NCBI GenBank assembly: GCA_041690135.1
Contig: JAWLHY010000017.1
Coordinates: 1-64,000 of the forward strand
Length of the DNA stretch: 64,000 bases
Reading direction: 5' to 3'
Origin: Armatimonadota bacterium
GTDB taxonomy: Bacteria; Armatimonadota; SYMT01
The position numbers and the translations under genes were made by a program. The notes beneath the pieces are model-generated. The model saw nothing but the letters and a program-made list of their open reading frames with translations, was not told the origin of the DNA and made no database searches. Positions 50,524 to 60,485 of the stretch are shown here, piece by piece. Each line of letters opens with the position of its first letter. Position 1 is the first letter of the stretch.

Positions 50524-51483
50524 ATGCGATTACTCACTTTTGAGACGGCCGGCGAACAGCGCCTGGGGGCGGAATGGCAGGGTCGGATCGTCGACCTGCA
50601 AAACGTGGCGGCACTCGTCCAGCTCGTGAAGTACGGCGCCACCGCCGCCGCGGATGTGCGAGAGCGCTTCCCGTCCGACATGCTCGCTTACCTGCAGGGC
50701 GGCAGCGTTACTCGCTCCATCGCCCGCGAGGCGATGAGCTTCCTGGGCGATCTCCCGGAAGACGTGATTCAGAACCTGGCAGGCCAGAGCGCTCTCCTCT
50801 ATCGGGAGGACCAGATCCGGCGACGTGCTCCCATCGCCCGGCCTCCTAAAATCGTTTGCGTGGGCCTCAACTATCGCGACCACGCCGCCGAGAGCAACAT
50901 GGCGATCCCCACCGAGCCGGTGCTGTTCCCCAAGTACGGCAACACGGTTGTCGGCCCCGGCGACTCGATCGTCCTGCCGCCGGACAGCACCGAGCCCGAC
51001 TACGAGGCGGAGCTCGTCTTCGTGATCGGCAAGAAGGGCCGCAACATCTCTAAGGCAGACGCGATGAGCCACGTTGCCGGCTACACCTGCGGTCACGACG
51101 TGAGTGCTCGCGACTACCAGCTCAAGCGCGGCAGCGGCCAGTGGATGGTCGGCAAGACGTGGGACACCTTCGCTCCCATGGGACCGGTGCTCGTTACGGC
51201 GGATGAGGACCTCGATCCGCACAACCTGCCCATCCGCTGCGTGCTCAACGGTGAGACACTCCAGAACTCCAATACGAACCAATTCATCTTCACAATTCCG
51301 GAAGTGATTGCGTATCTTTCGCGGATCATGACTCTGGAAGTGGGAGACTGCATCTTCACCGGGACGCCTCCCGGGGTCGGGTTCGCGCGCAAGCCGCCCG
51401 TGTTCCTGAAGGACGGCGACGTGGCGGAGATCCAGATCGACGGGATCGGCGTGCTGCGGAATCCGGTGAAGGCCGCCCCGTAA
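50524..51483 (+). CDS. Fumarylacetoacetate hydrolase family protein
   Basis: KIVCVGLNYRDH, DYEAEL, DVSARD, GKTWDTFAPMGP, TGTPPGVG. Confidence 0.93.
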   Translation: MRLLTFETAGEQRLGAEWQGRIVDLQNVAALVQLVKYGATAAADVRERFPSDMLAYLQGGSVTRSIAREAMSFLGDLPEDVIQNLAGQSALLYREDQIRRRAPIARPPKIVCVGLNYRDHAAESNMAIPTEPVLFPKYGNTVVGPGDSIVLPPDSTEPDYEAELVFVIGKKGRNISKADAMSHVAGYTCGHDVSARDYQLKRGSGQWMVGKTWDTFAPMGPVLVTADEDLDPHNLPIRCVLNGETLQNSNTNQFIFTIPEVIAYLSRIMTLEVGDCIFTGTPPGVGFARKPPVFLKDGDVAEIQIDGIGVLRNPVKAAP

Positions 51484-51491
51484 TCGCGGGG

Positions 51492-51531
51492 ATTGCAAAT
51501 TGCAAATTGCGGATTGTAAATTGCAAATTGA
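51492..51531. repeat. Intergenic heptamer array (ATTGCAA)x5, imperfect
   Basis: Read directly; same unit as the insert at 41205-41243. Confidence 0.9.
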
Positions 51532-51567
51532 CGGGGAGTAGAACTGCTTCCCTGGTGGAGAGAGGAA

Positions 51568-51804
51568 ATGCCGGAAACAGCGCAGATGGAGATCGTGAAC
51601 GTTGAGGGGCGCGAGATCAAGCTTCGCTGGAAGTCGCCCCGGTTTGGAGAGTGGCTGGCCTGGTGTTACGTGCCGGCCCAGACCCAGCTTCATAACGAGG
51701 GCGCCGGATTCGAAGCGCGCGCCGCCACGCCGGACGAGGCGAAGGAAGCCTGCCTCGCCAAGGCGCGTAACTACCTCAACCAGCGGAGCCCCGCTTCTGC
51801 CTGA
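51568..51804 (+). CDS. Small hypothetical protein (78 aa)
   Basis: GGAGAGAGG RBS; typical codon usage. Confidence 0.65.
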   Translation: MPETAQMEIVNVEGREIKLRWKSPRFGEWLAWCYVPAQTQLHNEGAGFEARAATPDEAKEACLAKARNYLNQRSPASA

Positions 51805-52561
51805 GCCAGCGCAGATCGATGCCCTGGTGATGGCCGGAGGCCGCATCTCCGGGCTCTTCGCCCGAGCGACGGGTACCACCGTGAAAGGATTGGTGCCCGT
51901 CGCCGGTGAGCCCCTGGTGCGGCGCGTGGTCGGCTCCCTTCAGGCCACGCCCGCTATCCGGAGGGTCTGCGTCGTGGGACCCGAGGAGGTGCGAGAAACG
52001 CTGCCGGAAGGCGTCCTCTGGTGCCGGGGAACCGGGCGCGTGGTGCAGAACCTCCGGTCCGGCATCGAGGAGTTGGGGATCTCAAACCGTCGCCTGCTGC
52101 TGTGCGGTACCGACGTGCCTGCCCTCACTCCCGAGGCGCTCTCCGACTTCATCGCGCGAACGCCGGAAGAAGCGGAGATCTCCATGCCCGTGGTGCGCAA
52201 GGAGCGATTCACCGCCACGTTTCCCGGTAATCTGGGGATCTATGTCCGGCTGGTGGAAGGGTCGTTCACGGGGGGCGGCCAGTACCTGGTCGATCCGCGT
52301 AAGCTCCTGGAAGTACTGCCCCTGTTGCAGCGCCTGTTCGACAGCCGGAAGTCCCAACTGGCGATGGCCGCCGTGATGGGGCGGGCGGTGGTGTGGAAGC
52401 TGATCCGGCACCGTCTTACTGTTACGGAGCTCGAGACTCGCCTTTCCGAGTTGACGCATTGCCGGTGCCGCGCCGTAATGGACTGCGCCCCGGAACTGGC
52501 CTTCGACCTGGATGCTTGGATGGACCTGCGCTACTTCGAGGGATGGCTCCAGCGGCCATGA
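51797..52561 (+). CDS. MobA-like NTP transferase
   Basis: DALVMAGGR, KGLVPVAG, TDVP, FTGG, ELAFDLD; start uncertain (51797 or 51830). Confidence 0.82.
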   Translation: MPEPAQIDALVMAGGRISGLFARATGTTVKGLVPVAGEPLVRRVVGSLQATPAIRRVCVVGPEEVRETLPEGVLWCRGTGRVVQNLRSGIEELGISNRRLLLCGTDVPALTPEALSDFIARTPEEAEISMPVVRKERFTATFPGNLGIYVRLVEGSFTGGGQYLVDPRKLLEVLPLLQRLFDSRKSQLAMAAVMGRAVVWKLIRHRLTVTELETRLSELTHCRCRAVMDCAPELAFDLDAWMDLRYFEGWLQRP

Positions 52562-53343
52562 ACCCGCGACCCCCACTGCGCCTGACGCTCGGCGGTAACG
52601 CTACCGTGTGGCTGGAGTCGGCGGGCTTCCAGGCGGTGACAGACCCCTGGCTTAGCGAGCGGATCGGTCCCTGGAAGCGCCTGCGTCCGGCGGGAATTGC
52701 TTCCGCCTCCCTTTCCGCGGCGCAGGTGGTGCTGATTTCGCATGCCCACCCCGACCACCTCGATCTCGCCACGCTGGAAGGCGTGGCGCGCGACACCCCG
52801 ATACTGTCCCCGCACGGCGCGCCGCAGCGCAAATTGGAGCGTGCTGGCTTCCGCCGGGTGATCGGCCTGGCGGACTGGGAAGAGTGGGAAGGGGAGGATG
52901 GGCGGGTGGTCGCGACCCCCTGTGTCCACACCCGATGGTCGCTCGGCTTCGTGCTCTATCTGGCGGGAGGGACCGTTTACTTCGCGGGGGACGCCGCTCC
53001 GCGGACTCCGTTTCGCGAGATTCGCGAGCGCTGCGGTCCCCTCGACGTGGCGCTCATGCCGGTTGGTGGGTCCGTTCTCGCGCCCGCGCCGCTCCAGCGG
53101 CATCTCACTCCGGAACTCGCCGCGCGCGCAACGGCGGAACTCGGGCCAAAGGTGGTGGTGCCCATGCACTGGGGACACGTTCCCTGTGTACCGTCCTTCA
53201 TCGACGGCTTTCGCGGAACGGCCGCCGGTTTCGCGGCAGCGCTACGGGAGCTTGCCCCGAACGTGCGCATGCTGATGCCTGGTGATGGTGCGGTTACCAT
53301 TCTCGATTTCTCCGAACCGCAAGGCAGCCGGCCTGGCGGATGA
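52558..53343 (+). CDS. MBL-fold metallo-hydrolase (UlaG/NAPE-PLD-like)
   Basis: TDPW, SHAHPDHLD, YFAGD, MPVGG, PMHWG; ATGA overlap. Confidence 0.9.
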   Translation: MNPRPPLRLTLGGNATVWLESAGFQAVTDPWLSERIGPWKRLRPAGIASASLSAAQVVLISHAHPDHLDLATLEGVARDTPILSPHGAPQRKLERAGFRRVIGLADWEEWEGEDGRVVATPCVHTRWSLGFVLYLAGGTVYFAGDAAPRTPFREIRERCGPLDVALMPVGGSVLAPAPLQRHLTPELAARATAELGPKVVVPMHWGHVPCVPSFIDGFRGTAAGFAAALRELAPNVRMLMPGDGAVTILDFSEPQGSRPGG

Positions 53344-53713
53344 GGGTGATCCGCCGGAAGGGGTATCCGTCACTAATCCCTTCGACGGCCCTTCTGCCGT
53401 CAACCCGCTCGACTACGCACTCCCCAGGAAGCCGGACTGTCTGGAGTTCGCCACTCGTGCGGCTCACATCCCTCCCAGCCTCACTACCCGTCGTCCAATC
53501 TGTTGTTCCTGGCAATCTGCGACCGTCATGGCCGCGCCGGAATTCCCAGGAATCTCATCCTTTGGTTGCAGTCGGCACATCGGCCGGAAGGCGGAGAAGT
53601 AGCCGGTCTGGGGGGTGGATTATAGCCGAGGTAGCGATACTACACTCCCGGATGATGGCGAATACTTCGAGTGGCAGGGACAAGCGGACCCGCTGCCGGA
53701 AGAAAGAGTCGCC

Positions 53714-54709
53714 ATGCAGGGAATTGCCCATCCACAGTGGACCGGAAGTCGCGGTACGGATCGATGCGGGAAGAATGCCCGGACGACCGAATGGCGCGGC
53801 GTTCATGGCAACGTGGAACCACTCCGTGGCGACTGGGTTGTGGTTCCCGCGGAAGCGGCGTCCTCCGAGGCGCCGAGCCGTTGCTGGCACCGGGCGGAGT
53901 TGGCCGGAGAGTGGTTGTGCGGGGAAGTATTCCGCGGTGCGGACCTGCGCGAGGCAAACCTGCGCGGCGCCGACCTCACGGATGCGGATTTGCGCGGGGC
54001 GGACCTGCGGGGAGCCAACCTGTGCCGCGCCAACCTGGCCTGTGCGGACCTGCGGGGTGCGGACCTGCGGCACGCGCACCTTCGCGATCTGCAGTTGGAC
54101 GGCGCAGTCTACGATCGGCGGACGCGCTGGCCCGAGGGGTTTGATCCGAAGTCCCGGACCGAATTACGCAGGGTGGGGGAGAAGAAAGTCCATCGCTCCG
54201 GTTGGCCGGTGGGGTTCTGGGTTCTGGCCGGGTTGACAACCCTTGTCGACCAGGGCACGAAGGGGTTAGTTCGAGAGCTAGTCCCCGAGGGAAATGTCGC
54301 GGGATCGCTCCTGAACGGCACCGTCTTGCTCCAGCACATCGAGAACCGGGGCCTGACCTTCCACCTGCTGGAAGGTCAGGCATCCCTGCTGATTGCGGTG
54401 GGAGCGATCCTACTGCTCGGGGTCCTGGTGGCCTACGCACATCTGCTCAAAAGAGGAAACCTTGCGGAACCCGCGCATCTCGCGGGCCTGGCGCTTCTTT
54501 TCGGCGGGGGTCTTGGAAATCTCCTTGACCGGGTGCTCCACGGTGCCGTATTGGACTTCATCGGGCTTTACGCCGGCCCGACTTTCAACCTCGCGGATGT
54601 TGCCATTCTTGCCGGCGTAGCCTGCTTCGGTCTCACGCTGAACTCGAACTCGCGACACACACTACCGCGCTTTCAGCCTGCCGGCTGCCTGGACGTTTAC
54701 AGAGGGTAA
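53714..54709 (+). CDS. lspA: Pentapeptide-repeat domain fused to lipoprotein signal peptidase II
   Basis: A(D/N)LxG repeats and TRWPEGF, then [25 protein letters not shown] in one frame; start uncertain (53615 or 53714). Confidence 0.8.
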   Translation: MQGIAHPQWTGSRGTDRCGKNARTTEWRGVHGNVEPLRGDWVVVPAEAASSEAPSRCWHRAELAGEWLCGEVFRGADLREANLRGADLTDADLRGADLRGANLCRANLACADLRGADLRHAHLRDLQLDGAVYDRRTRWPEGFDPKSRTELRRVGEKKVHRSGWPVGFWVLAGLTTLVDQGTKGLVRELVPEGNVAGSLLNGTVLLQHIENRGLTFHLLEGQASLLIAVGAILLLGVLVAYAHLLKRGNLAEPAHLAGLALLFGGGLGNLLDRVLHGAVLDFIGLYAGPTFNLADVAILAGVACFGLTLNSNSRHTLPRFQPAGCLDVYRG

Positions 54710-54714
54710 AAGAG

Positions 54715-55407
54715 ATGATCATCAGACACATCGAGAGCAAGGAAGTGCTGCTCCGCAACGAAGAAAACACCCTCGACGGCGCGATGCTCCGGGCCGAGGA
54801 CCTGGCGGGCGCCGATCTGCGTTACGCCTCGCTGAAAGGTACCAATCTGGTGGTGGCCGACCTCCAGCGCTGCAGCCTGAAAGGTGCGGACCTTCGCGGG
54901 GCAGACCTTCGGGGTGCCGACCTCCGCGGCGCCGACCTCACGCGAGCGGATCTTCGGGACGCCGACCTGACGGACGCCAACCTGGAAGAGGCCGTCCTGG
55001 TGGGAGCCAACTTCCACAGTACGGAACTTCAGGAAGCCAACCTGGCGCGCGCCAATCTGCGAGGCGCAAACCTGGTGCTGGCGAACCTGGTCCGGACCGA
55101 TTTGCGGGAGGCCAATCTGACGCGAACCAACCTCTACAATGCGAACGTGTGCAGTGCCAACCTGGAAGGCGCCGTTCTCGATGAATGTGAGCTGGACGGC
55201 ACCCGTTACGACAACTTCACGCGCTGGCCGGCGGGCTTCGACGTGGAACGGAGTCGCGCGGTGTTCTCACTCCAGCGGCGACGGGAGGACCGCACTCGCG
55301 CAGGGGCTTCCGATACCCCCGAGACGCGCGCGCGGAATGGGCGGGGCGAAGGTAACCCGCCGCTCCGGAGCCTGGTAGCCGCCGGTGGGAGGCGGTCCAC
55401 CGACTGA
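54715..55407 (+). CDS. Pentapeptide-repeat protein
   Basis: More than 25 A(D/N)Lxx repeats ending YDNFTRWPAGFD. Confidence 0.9.
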   Translation: MIIRHIESKEVLLRNEENTLDGAMLRAEDLAGADLRYASLKGTNLVVADLQRCSLKGADLRGADLRGADLRGADLTRADLRDADLTDANLEEAVLVGANFHSTELQEANLARANLRGANLVLANLVRTDLREANLTRTNLYNANVCSANLEGAVLDECELDGTRYDNFTRWPAGFDVERSRAVFSLQRRREDRTRAGASDTPETRARNGRGEGNPPLRSLVAAGGRRSTD

Positions 55408-56447
55408 GTTCCGGGGTCGGAGCGAACGATAATCGCCGCCCGCGCCGAAAGCGGGCGGCCCCCGGGCAGTTGTAAGATGCCCTCGACGAGGACTCGACTA
55501 CCGTCGAGGGCGGGTGAGGCGCCGAGCAGACAGGAGAAGACGTTGTCTGCCTGGCGGTGCTGCTCGACACCCAGGCCGGTTGTGATCAGGCGGAAGCGGG
55601 CCTCCGGCCAGTGGGTGACGCTGAACCATTCCTGGTAGTCCAGTTCCACCTGCAGATCGTAATCCTCGCTCATTCCGGCCATGAGTTCGCGCAGTTCGGG
55701 TACCAGGCGGATGGCGGTGATGCGGCGCTCGCGCGGTGGAACGCCTCCGGCCCGACCAGACCCACTTCCCGTATCCCTGCCGGCGCCACTCCCGCCTGCC
55801 GTCGGTAGGTTTCGCGATCCCACCACCTCCTGGGACTCAAGATTGGGATACTCATGGCGCGCACCGATGATAGGCGATCGCTGCATCCCCGCGGCGCCCA
55901 GTCCACGCTCGCTGCCGCCGGTGATGGTGCGGCCTCCGGTGGCGAACGCGAGAGGAGCCGCTGTGCTGTCCGGTCGCGCGCGTCGGAAGGCGCGTTCCAG
56001 CAGGGGTGGAGCCACTTCGTTGGGAATCCGCGGGAGGGCCGGCACATCCCGGCTCAAGGGCTCGGCGGCCGCTTCCGTGGCGGGCGTCGGCAGGACGCGG
56101 ATCGGGAGGGAGCCTTCCGCGGGAAATACCAGCCTCGCGCCCTCCTCACGGAATAGCGGCACGGCCGGTGCGGCCGTCGCCGTCGGCTGGAAGCGGGAGA
56201 ATTCTACCTGGGTCATCTCGAGCGGCACGGATGCCCGCTGTTGGATGCGATCCCGGAGGTGGAACTGCTCGATCGGCCAGGTGCGAACCTCCGGAACCAG
56301 GGCCCGGAACGCGGCGCCCATCAGTCCCCCCGCGACCAGGAGTGCCCCCAGCGTGCGGTACCACTCCGGATGGTATGGCAGAAGACCGTAGAGCCAGATG
56401 ACCGGTCGTTCGGGATCCGGCTGGGGTGGGTTCAGAGGGTCCTGCAT
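55206..56447 (-). CDS. Hypothetical single-TM, Pro-rich protein at the end of the EPS operon
   Basis: GGAG RBS, 6 nt after the ligase stop; its 3' end overlaps the convergent gene. Confidence 0.6.
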   Translation of the reverse strand: MQDPLNPPQPDPERPVIWLYGLLPYHPEWYRTLGALLVAGGLMGAAFRALVPEVRTWPIEQFHLRDRIQQRASVPLEMTQVEFSRFQPTATAAPAVPLFREEGARLVFPAEGSLPIRVLPTPATEAAAEPLSRDVPALPRIPNEVAPPLLERAFRRARPDSTAAPLAFATGGRTITGGSERGLGAAGMQRSPIIGARHEYPNLESQEVVGSRNLPTAGGSGAGRDTGSGSGRAGGVPPRERRITAIRLVPELRELMAGMSEDYDLQVELDYQEWFSVTHWPEARFRLITTGLGVEQHRQADNVFSCLLGASPALDGSRVLVEGILQLPGGRPLSARAAIIVRSDPGTQSVDRLPPAATRLRSGGLPSPRPFRARVSGVSEAPARVRSSRRRWSENTARLRSTSKPAGQRVKLS

Positions 56448-56453
56448 CGCGTA

Positions 56454-57923
56454 TTACTCCTGGTCTTCGCCGGGAATCCGTGCGCGGGAACGCCGCCGCC
56501 GGCGCACGGGATTCCGGCCTTCCGTCTCCACCAGAGTACCCCGTTCGCCGACTCCCGCGGCGAGCATTCCCAGGGCGAGTACCGTCCAGAAAAGTACGGA
56601 ACACTCCGGGTACTCCCAGGCGGGGCTGCCGAGCGCGGAGACCATCTGGCCGGCAACCGCGGCCACGGCGCCCATCACGAGAAACCGGCGAGTGCCGTGT
56701 CGCAGCCGCCGCAACGCCGTCAGGGTGGTGGAGAAGAAGGCGCCGTAGATCGCGAGATAAAGCCCCAGGCCTACGAAGCCCGTTTCGCCCGCGAGTTGCA
56801 CGTAGGCATTATGCGCGCTCTCCCAGAGAGTGGGCCCGCGGTCGGCTACGATCCGCTGCTCCGATACCCCCGTCACATAAAGGGGTTGGTGGAGAGCGAA
56901 AGTTCCGACTCCCCGCCCCGTCACCGGGTATTCCCGGGCCATCCGCAGCGCGGCCTTCCAGGTCTCCAGCCGCCACTCCCAACTGCTGTCGGCCTTCAGC
57001 ACCGAAAACGAAGATAACCGCCGTGATACGGTGTCGCCGTAGCTGGAGAACCCGAGGAAGATGCCCAGGGCCAGGGTCGCCGTCGTGCCGATCAATAAGC
57101 CATCCTGCCATCGGATCTGATAGGACCGGCGCGAGCGGCCGTACCGCATAAACAGTACCAGCAGCACCGTAAGCGCTACCAGCGTTCCCGCCCAGGCGCT
57201 CCGGTTCCGCGTCGCGAGGAGGGCGATGGCACTGAGGGTGGCCGCGCCCAGGCAAAACAGTCGCCGCGCAGCCGAGCTCTCCGCCCGTGCCGCGGCGAGA
57301 GTGACCGGAAAGAGCACGCAGGCAAAGGCCGCAAACAACTGCTCGTCGAGAAAGGCGCCGGAGATCCGTCCGGAGCCCCGGTTCCCCGTCAGGATGAATG
57401 CCTCCATGCAACCAGCCACCGCCAACCACGCCAGGATCAAAGCCAGTTGATGGGCTTGCTTCGACCGGAAGGCGTACACGATCCCCAGGTAGGTCAGTAT
57501 TCCTCCGAGGTAACGCATCACCTCATAATGGCTGTGGTAGGGGAAAGGCGAGAGCACCGCTGAAACGGCGATCCAGGCGACGAAGGCCACGATGGCCTGG
57601 TTCATTCCGCACCGCACAGCCCCGAGCACCCGGCTCCGGGGCCAGGTGGCGCCCGCCAGGGTCCAGCCGGCCAGGGCGATCCCCAAGCACTGCACGAGGA
57701 AACCGCGCGCCCGGAGCCAATGTCCTGTATCCGGAAATGGAACGGTGACCAGCGCCAGCAGCACCAGGACCAGCAACCACCAGAGTAACGCGGGAGCCGG
57801 ACGTGGGGCAGGTACCAGCAGCCATTCCGGTACGGGATGAGGCCGCCGGGATTCCGCAGGGATAGCTGCGACCGTCTCTTGCATGGGGTTCAATGGGGTG
57901 GCGGGCACGGGGATCGGTCGCAA
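56454..57923 (-). CDS. O-antigen ligase / Wzy-like polymerase
   Basis: Multiple TM helices, TRNRSAW, PVTGRGVGTF, AHNAYVQLAGETGFVG. Confidence 0.9.
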   Translation of the reverse strand: MRPIPVPATPLNPMQETVAAIPAESRRPHPVPEWLLVPAPRPAPALLWWLLVLVLLALVTVPFPDTGHWLRARGFLVQCLGIALAGWTLAGATWPRSRVLGAVRCGMNQAIVAFVAWIAVSAVLSPFPYHSHYEVMRYLGGILTYLGIVYAFRSKQAHQLALILAWLAVAGCMEAFILTGNRGSGRISGAFLDEQLFAAFACVLFPVTLAAARAESSAARRLFCLGAATLSAIALLATRNRSAWAGTLVALTVLLVLFMRYGRSRRSYQIRWQDGLLIGTTATLALGIFLGFSSYGDTVSRRLSSFSVLKADSSWEWRLETWKAALRMAREYPVTGRGVGTFALHQPLYVTGVSEQRIVADRGPTLWESAHNAYVQLAGETGFVGLGLYLAIYGAFFSTTLTALRRLRHGTRRFLVMGAVAAVAGQMVSALGSPAWEYPECSVLFWTVLALGMLAAGVGERGTLVETEGRNPVRRRRRSRARIPGEDQE

Positions 57924-57933
57924 AGGACGGGTA

Positions 57934-60162
57934 CTATTCGCTGGCTTCGAAGCGTCTTTCCAGCGCGCCCGCTAACGGGTCCACGTCTTCATGTTCCGCA
58001 CGGCGACCTTTTCCGCCTCCGGTAAGGGAGCCACCGCGGCCGAAGCGGCCGAAGGGTCCGCCGCCGTCCGTGTCGTCCTCGTGATAGCTGGAGTAGTAAC
58101 CGTAATCGTAGTAGTAGCCGCCACCCTTGGATCGCAGCCGGTTCAGCACCACTCCCAGGATCCGTCCGCGGGCACGCAGGATCATTTCCTCCGCCTGCCG
58201 GACGGCCCCCTTGCGGGACTGGCCCACGTGCATCACCAGCAGCACCCCGTCGACTCGCGAAGCAATCAGGAGTGGGTCCGTCACTGGGATACATGGCGGG
58301 CTGTCAAAGATGACCACATCCGCCAGTTGCTCCAGCCGGTCCATCACTTCTTCGAACGCGCGTGAGCCGAGCAGTTCCGGTGGATTGGGGGGAATCGGAC
58401 CTGCGGTGATGACGTGCAGGTTATCCAGATCCGTCTCCTGGAGCGCTTCCTGAAGCGAGAGTTGCCCCACCAGGACCTGCGACAATCCCCGGTTGTTGGG
58501 AAGGTCGAGCACGTCATGGACCTTGGGCCGGCGGAGATCGGCGTCCACCAGGATCACGCGCTTGCCGTCCATCGCCATCACGCTGGCCAGGTTCACGGAA
58601 ATGACGGACTTGCCTTCCCCCTTGGCCGCACTGGTGACCAGAATGCGCCGGATCGGGGCGTCGATCGCCGCAAAACCAATGCTGGAGCGGAGACGCCGGA
58701 ACGCCTCGACCAGGTGCGAGTTGCCCGCGGCGGCGGTGACCAGTCGAGAATTGCGATGGTCCATCAAGGGAATCGCGGAGAGGCAGGGGAGTGCCGTAAT
58801 GCGAGGAACATCCGCCGGGGTATGGACCCGGTCGTCCAGGAGTTCCCAGGCAATCGTCAGCATCGCTGCGCCGACCAATGCCAGGGCCAAAGCCATGACG
58901 AAGTTGGTCGTCTTGCGCGGCTGGATCGGACCCCCGGGCGGCTGCGCTGGCTGAATGATCTTGAAGCTGTCGACCAGGGCGATCTCCCGCATGCGGAGAT
59001 CCCTTTGCCACTCGTCGAAGCGGTCGAACCGCTGCTGGGCTTCATTCAGTTGCTGCGCCAGCTCGTTCTTCCGTACTTCCAGGTAGCTGCGGTTGAGCGT
59101 CGGTCGCGGACGGGAGGCCGCCTGGCTCTCGGCAGTGTGAAACTCCGTGCGGTAGCCCTGGAGGAGGGAGTACTGCTCGCGCAGCCGCTGCTGAATATAG
59201 TCCCGATAGGTATTGGCGACCTTGGTTTCGCGCTCCAGTTCCTCGGGCTCGCCTGCAATTCTGGCCTTAAGCAGCCGGATGCGCTCCTCCAGGTTGAGGA
59301 TCTTCTGGTTCTTGGGTCCGTAAAGCAGTCGATCATCGTCGAGTTGGATTTCGAGGGCAGCCAGCCGGTTCTCCAACTCATCGCGGCGCCCGTTTCGCAC
59401 CAACTGCTTGTGGGGGAGCTCTAATGGCGCCTGCGCCAGTTCCTCCTTGAGGCGTCGGATCTCCGTCTCCGTGGCACGGATGTTTGCCTTCGCGGCGCGA
59501 ACGCGAGCCTCCAGGTCGGTGTGCTCGCGCATGAGAGCCGCTTGTTCGATGGCTTCCAGGCCGGTCTCAAACTTCTGGCTGAACTGGATCAGCCGGTTCT
59601 GGGCGGCATCGCGCGCGCGCCTGGCGGTTTCGCGCTGTTTCCGGATGAACTCCAGGGCTTCCTTGATGCCCTTCTTTGCTTCCGCGTCGGTGGTCTCTTT
59701 GTGCGTCAAGACTACCGCATTCGCAACTTTTGCTACGTCCTCGGGATGGCCCCCCATGGCCGTGACGGAGATGATGTTGGTCCCATCCACGACGCGGACC
59801 GCCACCTGGGGTGCGGCTATGCCGGGGCGATCCTGGTATCCCGCCTTCTCAAACGCCTGCGCCAGGAAGTCGGGCGTTTGCATCGTCTGCAACTGCGTCT
59901 CCGGACTGTCCGGCTGATGGGCTAGCAGAATGTTGGCGATCGGGTTATTCGAGTCGTAGATATTGAGGGAGATGGCGGGAGTGGGGACCTTAAAGCGAGC
60001 TTCCGACTGATAGACCGGTGGCTGAATAGCCGTCGCGGCTACCCCCGCCGCTAGTAGAGGGATGAAGAGCGCGAGATACAACAGCTTGCGCCGACGCAGA
60101 ATCTCGAGATACTGCCGGATATTAAACTCTGGCTGGCTTAGCTGAAGCTGGTCTTGCGACAT
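57934..60162 (-). CDS. wzc: Polysaccharide co-polymerase / BY-kinase (Wzc-like)
   Basis: Wzz-type N-terminus, coiled coil, GEGKS Walker A, LVDADLRRP, FDSPP, YYYDYGYY cluster. Confidence 0.92.
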   Translation of the reverse strand: MSQDQLQLSQPEFNIRQYLEILRRRKLLYLALFIPLLAAGVAATAIQPPVYQSEARFKVPTPAISLNIYDSNNPIANILLAHQPDSPETQLQTMQTPDFLAQAFEKAGYQDRPGIAAPQVAVRVVDGTNIISVTAMGGHPEDVAKVANAVVLTHKETTDAEAKKGIKEALEFIRKQRETARRARDAAQNRLIQFSQKFETGLEAIEQAALMREHTDLEARVRAAKANIRATETEIRRLKEELAQAPLELPHKQLVRNGRRDELENRLAALEIQLDDDRLLYGPKNQKILNLEERIRLLKARIAGEPEELERETKVANTYRDYIQQRLREQYSLLQGYRTEFHTAESQAASRPRPTLNRSYLEVRKNELAQQLNEAQQRFDRFDEWQRDLRMREIALVDSFKIIQPAQPPGGPIQPRKTTNFVMALALALVGAAMLTIAWELLDDRVHTPADVPRITALPCLSAIPLMDHRNSRLVTAAAGNSHLVEAFRRLRSSIGFAAIDAPIRRILVTSAAKGEGKSVISVNLASVMAMDGKRVILVDADLRRPKVHDVLDLPNNRGLSQVLVGQLSLQEALQETDLDNLHVITAGPIPPNPPELLGSRAFEEVMDRLEQLADVVIFDSPPCIPVTDPLLIASRVDGVLLVMHVGQSRKGAVRQAEEMILRARGRILGVVLNRLRSKGGGYYYDYGYYSSYHEDDTDGGGPFGRFGRGGSLTGGGKGRRAEHEDVDPLAGALERRFEASE

Positions 60163-60485
60163 GAAGATCGGCTCGGGTCCAGTCGGAAAGGCTCGGCGCT
60201 GGTCCTCCGGCAGGATGCAAGAATGCTCCGTGGGAGGGAAAACGCGGCCCGCATTCAACCTTCGCGGGTAGTTCGCATCAATGCTTATGACGAATCTAAA
60301 CGGATTTTCGCGAGCAGGCAATAGCCTGCTCCTAATTTGAGTTGTACGATTAAACGCTTAAGATCGGTAAATAAATCGTCGGGGACCTTTGTCCCGCCGC
60401 CCTTCTTCTTGAGGGGGTACCTTTGTCCGCACCCGCCCAACACCGTTCTCCGGAACGCCGCTCTTTGTTCCGGTCAAAGCACTCC

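Noticed and set aside
53294-53467. Possible 57-aa minus-strand gene with GGGAGG before a GTG
   Set aside because: Overlaps the MBL gene's 3' end and has no recognisable motif.
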